Shown here: piece after piece, positions 19,516-30,827 of the stretch | Layout: every line of letters starts with the position of its first letter | Numbering within the stretch: the first letter of the stretch is position 1 | NCBI GenBank assembly: GCA_036170915.1 | Contig: JAVHQC010000022.1 | Location: forward strand, 191,420-255,419 | Direction: 5' to 3' | From: Cyanobacteria bacterium auto_48_18 | GTDB lineage: Bacteria; Cyanobacteriota; Vampirovibrionia; Obscuribacterales; Obscuribacteraceae | DNA: 64,000 nt | The notes under the pieces: model-generated | What the model was told of the DNA's origin: nothing | Databases searched by the model: none | Seen by the model: the letters and a program-made list of their open reading frames with translations, nothing else | Program-made: the position numbers and the translations under genes

Positions 19516-20499
19516 TTAAGAATGCTCTACTTCGGTAGACAGAGCTTGACGCAACGAGCCACCAGATTTGGTGATTAACTCGTCAGCCTGAACTCTTCCC
19601 ATTTTGCGTTTAAGCATCAAAATAGCTGTTTTAGCCTGACCATTTGAAGCCACAAGAGCGCCTTCAGCAATGGGTCTTTGCACATCGCAGATCAGGGCGA
19701 TGATTGACACTGCCCGTTCTCTAAGTTTTTCGTTGGTTGGTTTTAAATCAACCATCAAATTTTCGTAAACCTTACCCAGGCGAACCATGGTGCAGGTTGA
19801 AAGTAAATTGAGCACCATTTTTTGAGCGGTGCCTGCTTTCATGCGGGTAGAGCCGGTTAGTGCTTCAGGACCAACCACAGGGGCGATAACCACATCACAA
19901 ACTTTATTTAGCGGCGATTCAAAATTGTTGACGATACCAATGGTGGCGGCGCCTTCTTTTTTAGCCAGTTCAAGAGCAGCAATTACATATGGCGTGCGGC
20001 CACTGGCTGTGATGCCGACAACGGCATCATTAGCTGTAATTTTGACTTCGAGTGCGTCTTTTTCGCCAAGTTCGCGAGAGTCTTCTGCATTTTCAAAAGA
20101 AACAAACATCGCTTCTTTGCCACCGGCGATGCAGGCTTGCACCACGTCGCGACCCACACCGAATGTGGGATGACACTCAGTGGCGTCAAGCACACCAAGT
20201 CTGCCGCTGGTACCAGCTCCAAAATAAATCAGACGGCCGCCGGCTCTTAATTTGTCAACAATCAAATCTACGGCGGTGGCGATTTCGCCATTTACTTTTT
20301 CCACTGCCTGAGCAACGAGAAAATCTTCCTTCTGGACACACTTGACCAGTTCGCCGGTGTCTAAGACGTCTAGATCGTTTGTTTGATCATTTCGCTCTTC
20401 CGTCACCATCTTGGTGAACTCTTTGGCGTAACCCATCTGGTCTGTCCTTGTTTTGTTGGGATGCTCAGCTTTAGTTTCCAGTGTCTTGTCCCCGCTCAA
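19516..20499 (-). CDS. murQ: N-acetylmuramic acid 6-phosphate etherase
   Basis: TEERN, GAGTSGRLGVLDATEC, ASGRTPYV, GPEALTGSTRMKAGTAQK; start uncertain. Confidence 0.95.
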   Translation of the reverse strand: MSGDKTLETKAEHPNKTRTDQMGYAKEFTKMVTEERNDQTNDLDVLDTGELVKCVQKEDFLVAQAVEKVNGEIATAVDLIVDKLRAGGRLIYFGAGTSGRLGVLDATECHPTFGVGRDVVQACIAGGKEAMFVSFENAEDSRELGEKDALEVKITANDAVVGITASGRTPYVIAALELAKKEGAATIGIVNNFESPLNKVCDVVIAPVVGPEALTGSTRMKAGTAQKMVLNLLSTCTMVRLGKVYENLMVDLKPTNEKLRERAVSIIALICDVQRPIAEGALVASNGQAKTAILMLKRKMGRVQADELITKSGGSLRQALSTEVEHS

Positions 20500-20560
20500 T
20501 TTAGATTTGAGTATTAGATTCTATCAATCTTAAGTGTAGTTTGTTTCTTGTCTTTTGCTC

Positions 20561-21988
20561 TTAGTTATTCAGTTTGGCATAGGCCGATTCAGTGGTGTGA
20601 TGTTGCACTGTTGAGCGTTTCTGGTATTTTCCGTCGCCCTTTTTGCCCACGTACTGACCCTTTTCAATCACGACCTTTCCTCTTGAGAGAACGGTTTCGG
20701 CTACGCCTTGAACTTCTTTGCCTTCATAACAACTGTAGTCAACGCGCATGTGATGAGTGGCGGCGCTGATTGTCATTTTCTTATTGGGATCGAAAATAAC
20801 GATGTCAGCATCAGACCCAACCGCAATGGTACCCTTTCTTGGGAATAGTCCAAAGATTTTTGCCGCCGCAGTGGACGTGATCTCAACAAATCTATTCAAA
20901 GTAATACGGTTGTTAACAACTCCACCGTTGAAAATTAAGCTCATCCGATGTTCGACCCCAGGGCCGCCATTGGGAATTTTGCTGAAATCGTCTTTGCCCA
21001 ACTGCTTTTGATCTTTGAAACAGAAAGGGCAATGGTCAGTAGAAATCACTTGCAGATCGTTCATTCGCAGGCCGGTCCAGAGTTCTTCCTGATTCCATTT
21101 TTCGCGTAATGCAGGGGTCATCACATATTTGGCGCCTTCGAAACCCTCACTTTCGTATGCAGTGTAGTCGAGGAAAAGATATTGCGGGCAGGTTTCAGCG
21201 AAAGCTGCGATGCCCTCGTCGCGAGCTTCTTTGACGCGCTTCAAAGCGTCGTGACAGCTCAAGTGCACGATGTACACAGGTGAGCCGGCCATTTCAGCCA
21301 GGCGAATAGCGCGGTTAACACCTTCAGCTTCTGCTTGAGTCGGTCTGGTTAAGGCATGGTATTTAGGGCTGGTGTGGCCCTTCTCAACCGCGTAACGCAC
21401 TATTTCGTCGATGACAATACCGTTTTCAGCATGCATGCAAATCAATCCGCCTTCTTCGCCGGCAGCGGTCATGCCGCGAAAAATAGTAGCGTCGTCAACT
21501 AGCAATACTCCCGGATAAGCCATGAACATTTTGAAGCTGGTGACGCCTTCATCGTGAATCAGTTTTTTCATTTCTTTGATGCGTTCACGAGGCAAATCAG
21601 TGGTGATCATGTGGAAACCATAATCGATGGCCGCTTTGCCCTGAGCTTTAGCGTGCCAGGTATCCAATGCTTCGTATAAAGATTGGCCCTTACTTTGAAT
21701 GGCGAAATCGACAATGGTAGTGGTTCCGCCATGAGCAGCGGCAAATGTGCCGGTCTCAAAATCGTCTGCTGATGTAGTTCCACCAAATGGCATGTCCATG
21801 TGAGTGTGGGGGTCAATGCCGCCCGGAATCACGTATCTGTCTTTGGCATCAATTACTTTGTCTACGTTTGGCTCGAGGTGCGCCAAGCTTTCACCAATCA
21901 AAACCACGCGCTCGCCATCTACTAGAATGTCGGCATGATAGTCATCTACCGCTGTGATTACTCGGCCATTTTTGATTAGCGTTTTCAT
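20561..21988 (-). CDS. hydA: Dihydropyrimidinase (D-hydantoinase)
   Basis: PGGIDPHTH, SFKMFMAY, HAENG, VHLS, ETCPQYL, STDHCPF; GGAG SD before ATG 21988. Confidence 0.95.
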   Translation of the reverse strand: MKTLIKNGRVITAVDDYHADILVDGERVVLIGESLAHLEPNVDKVIDAKDRYVIPGGIDPHTHMDMPFGGTTSADDFETGTFAAAHGGTTTIVDFAIQSKGQSLYEALDTWHAKAQGKAAIDYGFHMITTDLPRERIKEMKKLIHDEGVTSFKMFMAYPGVLLVDDATIFRGMTAAGEEGGLICMHAENGIVIDEIVRYAVEKGHTSPKYHALTRPTQAEAEGVNRAIRLAEMAGSPVYIVHLSCHDALKRVKEARDEGIAAFAETCPQYLFLDYTAYESEGFEGAKYVMTPALREKWNQEELWTGLRMNDLQVISTDHCPFCFKDQKQLGKDDFSKIPNGGPGVEHRMSLIFNGGVVNNRITLNRFVEITSTAAAKIFGLFPRKGTIAVGSDADIVIFDPNKKMTISAATHHMRVDYSCYEGKEVQGVAETVLSRGKVVIEKGQYVGKKGDGKYQKRSTVQHHTTESAYAKLNN

Positions 21989-22187
21989 TGGCATCTCCAA
22001 AACTCACTGGGCGGATTATATATACTTGAGTATTGATTTAGCAGCATCCTGAGCAGCATGCCGGTTTTCAAGTTGCGATTTTAATTTTGGCATTAGCAAT
22101 TTTCATATGTGAAATTGCAGTTCAATCTTGACTGCGTGCTATAAACAGACGGTCTGATAGATCATTTTGATTGAGGCTATATAACGA

Positions 22188-24335
22188 TTGAGTGGTGTGA
22201 CCCAAGAAGTCATCGCCGAAGTGAGAATGCGGGCAAACATTCTCGATGTAATTTCCGAAGCTGTTGTGCTCAAGAAAGCCGGCAAGGAATATAGAGGACT
22301 GTGCCCATTTCACAATGAGAAAAGTCCTTCATTTAACGTTAATACAGACAAAGGCATTTTCAAATGTTTCGGCTGTGGTGAAGGCGGCGATGTTTTTGCC
22401 TTTGTGCAGAAACTCAAAGGTCTAGATTTCATTGCCACGGTCAAAGAGCTGGCCCGAAAATATGGCGTGCAGTTAGTCGAGACCGAAATCGAGCGCAAGC
22501 AGTACGACAGGCGTTCACAGATACTTTTGCTCTATCAACAAGCGAGCGAATATTACATTCGACTTCTGCAAGACGAGCAAGAAGGCGCAGTGGCACGCAA
22601 ATATTTAAGCGATCGCGGCCTCAGTGATGAGACCATTGCAAAATTCAAGCTTGGCTATGCGCCCAATGCCTGGGATGGCCTGCTCACTTATTTGAGTGGA
22701 AAAAGCGGAGTTTCGGCGGCAACTTTAGAAGAAGCCGGGCTGGTGAAGAAGCGCGCTGAGAGCAGCGGTCATTATGATTTATTTCGCAATCGTTTGATGA
22801 TTCCTATTTGTGATGATAGTGGGCGTGTCATCGCATTTGGTGGCAGAACTCTGGGTGACGATCAAGTTAAGTATCTCAACAGTCCTGAATCTCCAATCTA
22901 TACTAAAGGCCTCAATCTGTTCGCTTTTAACCTGGCTAAAGACGCCATTAAAGAGAAAGACGGCGTCATTGTGGTGGAAGGATATTTTGATGCCATAACG
23001 CCTCACCAGTATGGCTTTACCAATACTGTGGCCACTCTTGGCACGGCTTTGACCGAGCAACAGGCCAAATTGATGGTGCGTTATACCGAAAGCAAGCGCG
23101 TTTACCTCTCCTTCGACGCTGACGCTGCCGGAGCCCGTGCCATCGAACGGGGTGGTGACACCCTTAATCAAATTGCTGAGGGTGTTGGCATTGATTTGAG
23201 AGTTTTGAAAATTCCTGGTGGTAAAGATCCAGATGAATGCTTGCGTACTGGCCCCGAAGGCGTGGCGGCTTTTGCCGAGGCCATTGAACACGCGGCTACC
23301 ATGGTGGAATATCGCTTAGAGCAAGCGGTTATGCATCTGGAATTAAATACGGCTATGGGCCGCATCGACGCTTCAAAAGCGGTTGTGCCTATTTTTTCAT
23401 CGATGAAAAACGCCGTCGCTCGCGGCGAGTATGTGCGTCAATGGGCCCCACGACTGGGCCTTCGCGAAGAAGAAATTTTGTCTGACATTGGCGAATATCG
23501 CAAAACTCACCGCTTTGACATGGCTCCCCGCTCTTTTTCAGGTGGTGGAGGCTCGGGCTATCAGCAACAGGGCGGCTATCAGCAACAGGGCGGCTATCAG
23601 CAACAGGGCGGCTATCAAGGCGGCCAGCAAGCTAATGGCGGCGGTTATCCGCCAGCTCAAGGCAACGGGCAGGGTTTTAAGAAGAAATTCGTCAAGAAAG
23701 AAGACTGGAAGAAAAACAAAGACAAAAAAGACATTGCCGACGAAGAGGGTCTGCCAATGCCTGTGGGTGCCCGAGGTTTAGGCATTCATCGCAGTGCGCC
23801 CGTCTCCGGCGCCCTTGATGCCGAAAGAAACCTGCTTGGCCTCTACTTGACCTCTCGCGAAGACTATCAGGTGGTTTTTGAGCGTCTGGCCGGTGAAACA
23901 CTGCTCAATATTGCTCATAGGAAGATTAAAGAGGGTCTGGAAGGCATTGGCACTAGCTTCCATACCATGGAAGATTTACAAAACAGCTTAATGGACCGAA
24001 TGGCTCCACACCCTGACGCTGCCAGGGCTCTGGTGGAAATTATTCTCAAAGCAGAGGATTTTAGAAAACAAAAACCGCCGGTTCAGGTTGTATTGAAAGA
24101 ATCCTGGGCAAGAATCTTAAAGGAACGCCTGGCGCTCTTGACAGCTGATGCCTATACGCATTTGGCAAGGGCCGACCAGGTGAGCGATCAGACGGCATTG
24201 CAGAGTAGAATGATGGAGCTTACTCAACTAGAGACGATGTTGAAAAAAGTAGACTCGCTCGAAGATATTGAAGAGCTAAAGCGAAAGATTGATACCATAA
24301 ATTCAGTACCAGAGTATGGAGACCCGCGTGAGTAA
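22188..24335 (+). CDS. dnaG: DNA primase
   Basis: CPFH...CFGC zinc finger, FGGR, KYLNSPE, VEGYFD, FDAD, GKDPDE. Confidence 0.96.
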   Translation: MSGVTQEVIAEVRMRANILDVISEAVVLKKAGKEYRGLCPFHNEKSPSFNVNTDKGIFKCFGCGEGGDVFAFVQKLKGLDFIATVKELARKYGVQLVETEIERKQYDRRSQILLLYQQASEYYIRLLQDEQEGAVARKYLSDRGLSDETIAKFKLGYAPNAWDGLLTYLSGKSGVSAATLEEAGLVKKRAESSGHYDLFRNRLMIPICDDSGRVIAFGGRTLGDDQVKYLNSPESPIYTKGLNLFAFNLAKDAIKEKDGVIVVEGYFDAITPHQYGFTNTVATLGTALTEQQAKLMVRYTESKRVYLSFDADAAGARAIERGGDTLNQIAEGVGIDLRVLKIPGGKDPDECLRTGPEGVAAFAEAIEHAATMVEYRLEQAVMHLELNTAMGRIDASKAVVPIFSSMKNAVARGEYVRQWAPRLGLREEEILSDIGEYRKTHRFDMAPRSFSGGGGSGYQQQGGYQQQGGYQQQGGYQGGQQANGGGYPPAQGNGQGFKKKFVKKEDWKKNKDKKDIADEEGLPMPVGARGLGIHRSAPVSGALDAERNLLGLYLTSREDYQVVFERLAGETLLNIAHRKIKEGLEGIGTSFHTMEDLQNSLMDRMAPHPDAARALVEIILKAEDFRKQKPPVQVVLKESWARILKERLALLTADAYTHLARADQVSDQTALQSRMMELTQLETMLKKVDSLEDIEELKRKIDTINSVPEYGDPRE
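23556..23617 (+). repeat. 18-bp perfect tandem repeat (GYQQQG) inside dnaG
   Basis: ggctatcagcaacagggc x3 plus partial copy. Confidence 0.92.
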
Positions 24336-25407
24336 GGGCAAGGAAAAAGAAGACAGTTTCATTTCGAAACTCGACAAAATGGAAGAAGTCGGAAAAGAGC
24401 GCGATCGCGCTGGCTTGGAAGACTTGCTCGTACCTGATGGCAGCGATGAAAGCGAAGAGTTGCCTCTTCCTGCTGGTGCTCAAAATCGCGGCGATTTTAT
24501 GCTGGAAGGCTTTGACGAAAAAGTTGAAGGCGATCCTGAAGAATTTGTGGAAGAGGTATCCAAAGGCCTTTCATCCGATGATCCGGTGCGCATGTACTTG
24601 CGAGAAATTGGACGTATTCCACTTTTAACTGCCAGTGAAGAAATTGAGTTAGCTCGCAAAATTGAAATGGGCGGCTCTGATGGTGCCATTGCCAAACGTA
24701 AACTGGTGCAAGCCAACTTGCGATTAGTGGTTTCCATCGCTAAAAAATATGTGGGCCGTGGCATGCTCTTTCTTGATTTGATTCAAGAAGGAAATATGGG
24801 CCTAATTCGCGCCGCTGAAAAGTTTGACCATGAGCGCGGTTACAAATTTTCGACATATGCAACATGGTGGATTCGTCAGGCCATTACCAGAGCTATTGCC
24901 GACCAGGCGCGCACCATTCGCATACCGGTGCACATGGTTGAGACCATCAACAAACTGAAGAAAATTACTCGACAGCTGGCTCAAGACAAAGGTCGCAAGC
25001 CTACTGAAGAAGAAATTGCCACCACCATGGAAATCAGCATCACTAAACTGCGCGAAATCGTCAAAGTCGCGCAAGAGCCTGTTTCGCTTGAAACTCCGAT
25101 TGGCAAAGAAGAAGACAGCAAACTTGGTGACTTCATTGAAGATCGCGAAGCTGAAACTCCAGCATCGTCGGTAACGCAAGAACTTTTGCGTGAAGACATC
25201 ATTGAAGTAATGGCCGGGCTTTCACCGCGTGAGCGCGATGTATTGCGTTTGCGTTTTGGCCTTGATGACGGGCGTCAGCGCACTTTAGAAGAAGTAGGCC
25301 AACTCTTTGGCGTTACGCGCGAGCGCATTCGTCAAATTGAAGCCAAAGCTTTGCGTAAATTGCGGCACCCTAATCGCAGCCGCCGGTTGCGCGAGTATAT
25401 TGACTGA
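24316..25407 (+). CDS. rpoD: Primary RNA polymerase sigma factor
   Basis: [56 protein letters not shown]; overlaps dnaG end. Confidence 0.96.
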   Translation: METRVSKGKEKEDSFISKLDKMEEVGKERDRAGLEDLLVPDGSDESEELPLPAGAQNRGDFMLEGFDEKVEGDPEEFVEEVSKGLSSDDPVRMYLREIGRIPLLTASEEIELARKIEMGGSDGAIAKRKLVQANLRLVVSIAKKYVGRGMLFLDLIQEGNMGLIRAAEKFDHERGYKFSTYATWWIRQAITRAIADQARTIRIPVHMVETINKLKKITRQLAQDKGRKPTEEEIATTMEISITKLREIVKVAQEPVSLETPIGKEEDSKLGDFIEDREAETPASSVTQELLREDIIEVMAGLSPRERDVLRLRFGLDDGRQRTLEEVGQLFGVTRERIRQIEAKALRKLRHPNRSRRLREYID

Positions 25408-25421
25408 TTGATTGTTGTTTG

Positions 25422-25447
25422 GAAAAAAATCTGCGCAGGTTTTTTTC
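25422..25447. terminator. Intrinsic terminator-like palindrome after rpoD
   Basis: gaaaaaaatctgc|gcaggtttttttc. Confidence 0.55.
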
Positions 25448-25476
25448 TGCTTAAGATTCTCTCGGGCTTGGTTCTA

Positions 25477-25504
25477 AAAAAAATACCTCCGGAGGTATTT
25501 TTTT
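25477..25504. terminator. Perfect 28-bp palindrome / bidirectional terminator
   Basis: aaaaaaatacctcc|ggaggtattttttt; second copy of the 1534 element. Confidence 0.65.
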
Positions 25505-25526
25505 CGAAAGAGAATAAGCCCTATAG

Positions 25527-25826
25527 CTAATAATGATCATCTTCAGAGAGCCACTCGAGAATTTCGGGTGGCCGTCTTATTTCTTGAGTGATTTCATATA
25601 AAGTCGATGCATCTTGAGCCGGCACATTTTTGAGCGGAAGTATTAGAACTTGCACGGTCAGAGCTTTTGAGCCTAGTTCTAAATGTACTTTGTCACCGAT
25701 TTTAAGATCGGTGGCCGATTTAGCAGGTCTATCGTTTACGTAAACGCGACCCTGATCGCAAGCCATTTGCGCTACGGTGCGGCGCTTAATCAGGCGAGAA
25801 ATTTTAAGCCATTTATCTAAGCGCAT
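25527..25826 (-). CDS. S4-domain RNA-binding protein, RqcP(YabO)/Hsp15 family
   Basis: MRLDKWLKISRLIKRRTVA...GRVYVN...AK....KIGD. Confidence 0.9.
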   Translation of the reverse strand: MRLDKWLKISRLIKRRTVAQMACDQGRVYVNDRPAKSATDLKIGDKVHLELGSKALTVQVLILPLKNVPAQDASTLYEITQEIRRPPEILEWLSEDDHY

Positions 25827-26043
25827 ATTATCCTTGGGCTAACAGATTCGCATGGCGATTATAGTAAAGATCGGCATCAGCTTGCACTGCTGGTGGTGTC
25901 AGCGTGCTTGCCGGCTCCACTTGCCATCTGCTGGCAATAAATCTTTCGCCAGGCTTGCGCTTGTGTTACTGACCATTGCACAGTTGAGGCCCAAAGGGTA
26001 ATTTCACTGGTAAAATCATGTCCTTGCTGTATGCTCTTCAATA

Positions 26044-27477
26044 ATGGTTACCTTCAACAAAATGTCAAAATATGGTCAGCTTGGCGTGCTCGCTATGTCG
26101 CTGGCAGTTGCATCTACCTCCACCATCCTTCTAATGAGCGGCTGCGGCGGTGATAAATCTGCCGAGCAGGCCCACAAAGAAGAGCAGGCCTCGGCTAAGG
26201 TGCCGGCTGGCCCCAGGTTGATAACTGTCACACCTGAAGTGGTCAAACGCATCGATCTGAAGACTGAAGTGGTTTCGAAGCGCGAAGTAATCGTGCCGCT
26301 GCACCTCACCGGGCGTATCGAGCCTGACTATGGCCGAGAAGTTGATATCAGCGCCAGAATTTCGGGCCGGATTTCCAAAATTCTTGTTCATCCGGGCTCG
26401 ATGGTGAGAAAAGGCCAGATTATGGCCATGATTGACAGCCCTCAAATTAGTGACTTGCAGGCTGAAGCCGTAGAGGCCAAATCAAAACTTAGCATTGCCG
26501 AAGCTCATGCCGAAAGAGAGCGCCAGATTTATGAAGAACACTTAGAGCGTCCCAAAGCATTACTTGAAGCTCAGGCTAATCTTCAGACTCTACAATTGCA
26601 GTCTGACTTGTCTGAACAGGAGTTAAAAAGGCAAGAAGACCTTTATCGAGAAAAAATCGCTGCTACTAAAGATTATCTCGCGGCCAAATCTAACAATGCT
26701 AAGTTCAAAGTCGCTCTTGGGCAGGCCAAGACCGCCCTTAAGCGTGAAGAGCAACTATACAAAAATCGCGGCCTGATGAAGCGCGAATATCAACTAGCCA
26801 TGGCGGAAGTAACTCGTGACCGTCAGCATTTGCATACCATCTGCAAACGTCTTGACTTTCTCGGCGCCGATCGAACCATGACTCAACGGATGCTGACCAG
26901 CGGCAATATAAATGGTCTGGTGCAAATTACTGCTCCTATTGATGGCGATCTTAGCCGCTATGACTGCGCCGTTGGCGAAGTGGTGCAACCAGAAAAATCA
27001 ATGTTCAAGCTCACTGACCTTAAGTACGTGCAGGTGTTGGCAGACTTGCCTGAGGTTGATCTGAAGCGCGTGAGAATTGGCGATAAAGTCAAGATTAAAG
27101 TAGCCAGCTATCCTGATCGCGAGTTTACTGGAGTGATTAGTTACATCAGTGTGATCGTAAACACAGATACACGCACGGTGCCTATCCGCGCAAGGCTGGC
27201 CAATTTTGACAGCAAATTGAAGACTAATATGTACGCTGAAATTGATTTGGAAGGCACATCACAAAATTTCCTTGCCTGTCCAAAATCGGCAGTTCAAGAG
27301 CATGACGGCAACAAAATTGTCTTTATTAAAAGGGCTAATGGTTTTGAAGAGCGAATCGTCAAATTTGGCAAACAAGGTGAGAATTACGACGAAGTTGTCT
27401 CCGGATTGACTGAAGGTGATGTGGTGGCAACCCAGGGAAGTTTGATGCTTAAAACTGAACTCAGTTATCAACACTAG
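26044..27477 (+). CDS. RND efflux periplasmic adaptor (CzcB-like lipoprotein)
   Basis: Lipobox MSGC, lipoyl halves (ARISGRI, APIDG), long alpha-hairpin, SGLTEGDVV. Confidence 0.9.
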   Translation: MVTFNKMSKYGQLGVLAMSLAVASTSTILLMSGCGGDKSAEQAHKEEQASAKVPAGPRLITVTPEVVKRIDLKTEVVSKREVIVPLHLTGRIEPDYGREVDISARISGRISKILVHPGSMVRKGQIMAMIDSPQISDLQAEAVEAKSKLSIAEAHAERERQIYEEHLERPKALLEAQANLQTLQLQSDLSEQELKRQEDLYREKIAATKDYLAAKSNNAKFKVALGQAKTALKREEQLYKNRGLMKREYQLAMAEVTRDRQHLHTICKRLDFLGADRTMTQRMLTSGNINGLVQITAPIDGDLSRYDCAVGEVVQPEKSMFKLTDLKYVQVLADLPEVDLKRVRIGDKVKIKVASYPDREFTGVISYISVIVNTDTRTVPIRARLANFDSKLKTNMYAEIDLEGTSQNFLACPKSAVQEHDGNKIVFIKRANGFEERIVKFGKQGENYDEVVSGLTEGDVVATQGSLMLKTELSYQH

Positions 27478-27492
27478 GGAAGAATCAATTAG

Positions 27493-30400
27493 ATGATCTC
27501 TCAATTGATTCGCTTCGCTCTCAAGCAACGACTGATGACACTGGCAGTGGCTCTTGGTATGGCCGCCTTCGGCATCTGGAGCGCGGCCAATATCTCGGTT
27601 GATTCTTTTCCTGACGTATCTAATGTGCAGGTTCAAATTATTACCGAGCCTGAAAGCATGGCTACAGAAGAAGTTGAAGCACTAATCACTTTCCCCATTG
27701 AAAACGGCTTGAACGGCTTGCCTAAAGTCAACAAAATTCGCAGCAATTCGAGCTTCGGATTTTCGGTTGTTACGGCTATTTTCGATGATGACGTAGACGT
27801 CTACTGGGCGCGCAATATTGTGCAGCAAAGACTGGGACAAATCGAATTGCCGGCTGGCTCTCCGAGACCTTTGCTTGGTCCGGTAGTGTCGACATTTTCG
27901 AATGTGCTCAACTATTATCTAGTGAGTGACAGACACGATTTGACTGAGCTGCGTACCATTCAAGACTGGCAGGTGGCGCGACGCTTGCGGGCGGTTCCAG
28001 GTGTGGGCAACGTGGTCAGCTATGGCGGTTTCGTCAAGCAATACCAGGTTCTGGTATCACCTTACGTACTCAAAAGTTTCAACTTAACTCTGCGGGACGT
28101 CATTCACGCTTTATCAAACAACAACATAAACGCCGGCGGCAACTTCATTGAGCGGGGCGGAGAAGAAATCGTTATTCGCGGCCTCGGGCGCATTGACAAC
28201 ATTCAAGACATCAAAAATATCGTGCTCAAATCGGTGGATGGCACTCCCATTAAAATCGGGCAGATTGCCTCAGTGGAAATTGGTCCGGCTTTCCGCCGCG
28301 GCTCATCATCAATGAACTCAAAGGGCGAGACTGTCACCGGCATGGTGATGACGCGTAAGGGCGTCAATACCAAAGCGGTGGTTGAGAAAGTGCGTGAGCG
28401 CTTAGAAGAAATAAAGGGCGAGCTGCCTACAGGCGTCACTTTGATTACTTATTACGATCAAAGTGCTCTGGTGGACAAAACCATTGAGACCATTAAGGAA
28501 GTACTGATCATGGGCGGTTCCCTGGTCATTCTTGTGCTTGGTTGTATTTTGCTGCATATTCCCTGCGCCATTATTGTTTCGGTGGTGATACCACTGGCGC
28601 TGCTATTCAGCTTCATTATGATGAAGTTTACCGGCCTCACTGCGAACTTGATGACATTGGGGGCTGTTGATTTTGGCGTCATTGTGGACGCTGGTGTGGT
28701 CATGGTGGAAAACATTTTTCGCCATCTGGCCGAAGAACAGGAGAAGGTCGATGCTGGCCATTTAAGCCAGGAAGATTACGAAAAGCATCGGCTCAAGACT
28801 GTTTATAACGCAGCGAAAGAAGTGGGCAACCCGATCTTCTTTTCCATTGCCATTATTATTGCCGTTTACCTGCCTCTCTTCACCCTCGAAGGGGTGGAAG
28901 GGCGCATGTTTACTCCTCTGGCCCTTAACTACATTTATGCTCTTACAGGAGCTCTCATAGTTTCACTGACTCTGATTCCAGTGTTGTGTTATTGGTTCCT
29001 CACCGGAAAAATTAGAGAACGTCGCAATCCGTTTATCGAATGGTCAAAGAGTCTGGTCACACCGGCTCTGAAATGGTCTCTAGCGAAGCCACAGATGACC
29101 ATGCTCATATCTTTTGTAGTGCTTTGTGCCGGTTTCTCACTGATGCCTTTTTTGGGCTCAGAATTTATTCCCAGCTTAGATGAAGGCTCGATTCTTTTAC
29201 GTACGAAACTTTCGCCCAGTGTGGCTCACACTGAGTCACGCCGCATTGCCACCAATGTAGAGCAAACTATAAGAGAGTTTGCCGAAGTAGATGTAGTGGT
29301 ATCCCGCATTGGACGCTCCGGCATGGGTGGAGACCTTGAGGGCATCGACAATGCCGACGTTTACATTGGTCTAAAACCAAGAGATCAGTGGAAGAACTTT
29401 CACGAGAAAGAAGCGCTGGTCAACGCTATGGCTGCCAGGCTAGATGGCGTGCCAGGGCTCGTCTACAGCTTCTCTCAGCCCATTGCCGACATGATTGATG
29501 ACCTGATTGCCGGTATCAAAGCCGATCTCGGAATCAAAGTTTTTGGCGACGATTTAGTTACCATTGACTCTCTTGCCGGTCAGGTAGAAAAGGCAGTCAG
29601 CAAGGTGCGTGGCGTGGCCGATTTGCAGCGTGAACACATTCTTGGACTGCCGCAGTTAAATATCAAATTGCGTCGCGACGTCATTGCCAGATATGGTCTC
29701 AACGTATCTGATGTACAAGAAATTATTCAGACTGCCTTAGCTGGTAAAGAAGTGACTGAAGTGCTGGAAGGCACCAAGCGTTTTAGCTTGCTTGTGCGTT
29801 TCCCTCTCCAGTATCGCGACACTCAAGAAGACATTGAATCGATTTTAGTCAGCACTCCTGCTGGTGGCAAAGTGCCGCTTAAGCAGCTGGCTGATATTCA
29901 AACGGCGCGAGGCACAGTGATGATTAACCGTGAAGACGGTCAGCGCCGTACGGCTGTGCTGGCCAATGTACGTGGTCGAGATCTGGGCAGTTTTGTGGAA
30001 GAGGCGCAGAAGAAAGTAGCAGCTGATGTTCAGCTGCCCAAAGGCTATCATATTGTTTGGGGCGGCCAGTTTGAGAATCAACAAAGAGCCATGGCCAGGC
30101 TGGCCATAGTGGTGCCCGTGGTACTACTTCTGATTTTCATTCTCTTGTTTGCATCATTCAATTCTTTGCGCAATGCCAGCTTGATCATGCTTAACGTTCC
30201 GTTCGCCATCATTGGCGGCATCTTCTCTCTATACGTTTCGCACCAGCCAATTTCAGTGCCGGCAATTATTGGTTTTATCGCTCTCTTTGGTGTAGCGGTG
30301 CAGAACGGCGTAATCATGATTAGCTACATCAGCCAGATGCAAAAGCAGGGCATGACTGTGGATGAAGCCGTCGTTGAAGGGGTAAAGGTGCGACTGCGCC

Positions 30401-30609
30401 CTGTGCTCATGACTGCTCTGGTAGCCATGGTCGGTTTCCTGCCTTTGATTTTTTCACATGGCACCGGTGCAGAGGTGCAGCGGCCATTAGCCACAGTAGT
30501 ACTGGGTGGGCTGGTTACTTCAACGATTTTGACTTTGATTGTGTTGCCGACAATCTATACGCTCATTAATAAGCATGCTTATGAAGACAAAAGCGGCGAG
30601 ATGCACTAG
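27493..30609 (+). CDS. CusA/CzcA-family heavy-metal RND permease
   Basis: DSFPDVS, ELRTIQDW, DFGVIVD...VEN, RLRPVLMT, GAEVQRPLA. Confidence 0.94.
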   Translation: MISQLIRFALKQRLMTLAVALGMAAFGIWSAANISVDSFPDVSNVQVQIITEPESMATEEVEALITFPIENGLNGLPKVNKIRSNSSFGFSVVTAIFDDDVDVYWARNIVQQRLGQIELPAGSPRPLLGPVVSTFSNVLNYYLVSDRHDLTELRTIQDWQVARRLRAVPGVGNVVSYGGFVKQYQVLVSPYVLKSFNLTLRDVIHALSNNNINAGGNFIERGGEEIVIRGLGRIDNIQDIKNIVLKSVDGTPIKIGQIASVEIGPAFRRGSSSMNSKGETVTGMVMTRKGVNTKAVVEKVRERLEEIKGELPTGVTLITYYDQSALVDKTIETIKEVLIMGGSLVILVLGCILLHIPCAIIVSVVIPLALLFSFIMMKFTGLTANLMTLGAVDFGVIVDAGVVMVENIFRHLAEEQEKVDAGHLSQEDYEKHRLKTVYNAAKEVGNPIFFSIAIIIAVYLPLFTLEGVEGRMFTPLALNYIYALTGALIVSLTLIPVLCYWFLTGKIRERRNPFIEWSKSLVTPALKWSLAKPQMTMLISFVVLCAGFSLMPFLGSEFIPSLDEGSILLRTKLSPSVAHTESRRIATNVEQTIREFAEVDVVVSRIGRSGMGGDLEGIDNADVYIGLKPRDQWKNFHEKEALVNAMAARLDGVPGLVYSFSQPIADMIDDLIAGIKADLGIKVFGDDLVTIDSLAGQVEKAVSKVRGVADLQREHILGLPQLNIKLRRDVIARYGLNVSDVQEIIQTALAGKEVTEVLEGTKRFSLLVRFPLQYRDTQEDIESILVSTPAGGKVPLKQLADIQTARGTVMINREDGQRRTAVLANVRGRDLGSFVEEAQKKVAADVQLPKGYHIVWGGQFENQQRAMARLAIVVPVVLLLIFILLFASFNSLRNASLIMLNVPFAIIGGIFSLYVSHQPISVPAIIGFIALFGVAVQNGVIMISYISQMQKQGMTVDEAVVEGVKVRLRPVLMTALVAMVGFLPLIFSHGTGAEVQRPLATVVLGGLVTSTILTLIVLPTIYTLINKHAYEDKSGEMH

Positions 30610-30629
30610 GCAACTCTAAAAGAAAAGTA

Positions 30630-30827
30630 TTAAGCGCCCAGTGATTGTCCAGGCTTCCAATCGCTCAGGCTGCAAACGCCGCCCTCACAATTTGCTGTGC
30701 GCTCAGGTGCTTGTACCGAGTTACCCTGAGCTGCAATTTTCGCCGCCAAAAAGTTTTTGCCTTCAATCGGCACAACTTTTAGCAGTTGATAGCGAATAAA
30801 TAATTTCGACACGCAGCTCAGATCCAT
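30630..30827 (-). CDS. Small hypothetical protein with C-terminal CEGGVC motif
   Basis: 65 aa with strong AGGAGG SD 5 nt before ATG. Confidence 0.55.
   Translation of the reverse strand: MDLSCVSKLFIRYQLLKVVPIEGKNFLAAKIAAQGNSVQAPERTANCEGGVCSLSDWKPGQSLGA

Noticed and set aside
22096..22118. Imperfect inverted repeat gcaattttcatatgtgaaattgc between hydA and dnaG
   Set aside because: Could be an operator, but AT-rich, imperfect and single-copy; too weak to call
22608..24408. Cyanobacterial HIP1 octamer GCGATCGC
   Set aside because: I spotted only two copies by eye, close to chance for 64 kb; no enrichment
25830..26040. Possible metal-sensing (NiCo) riboswitch upstream of the RND genes
   Set aside because: Short hairpins present but no consensus recognisable by eye; needs an Infernal/Rfam scan
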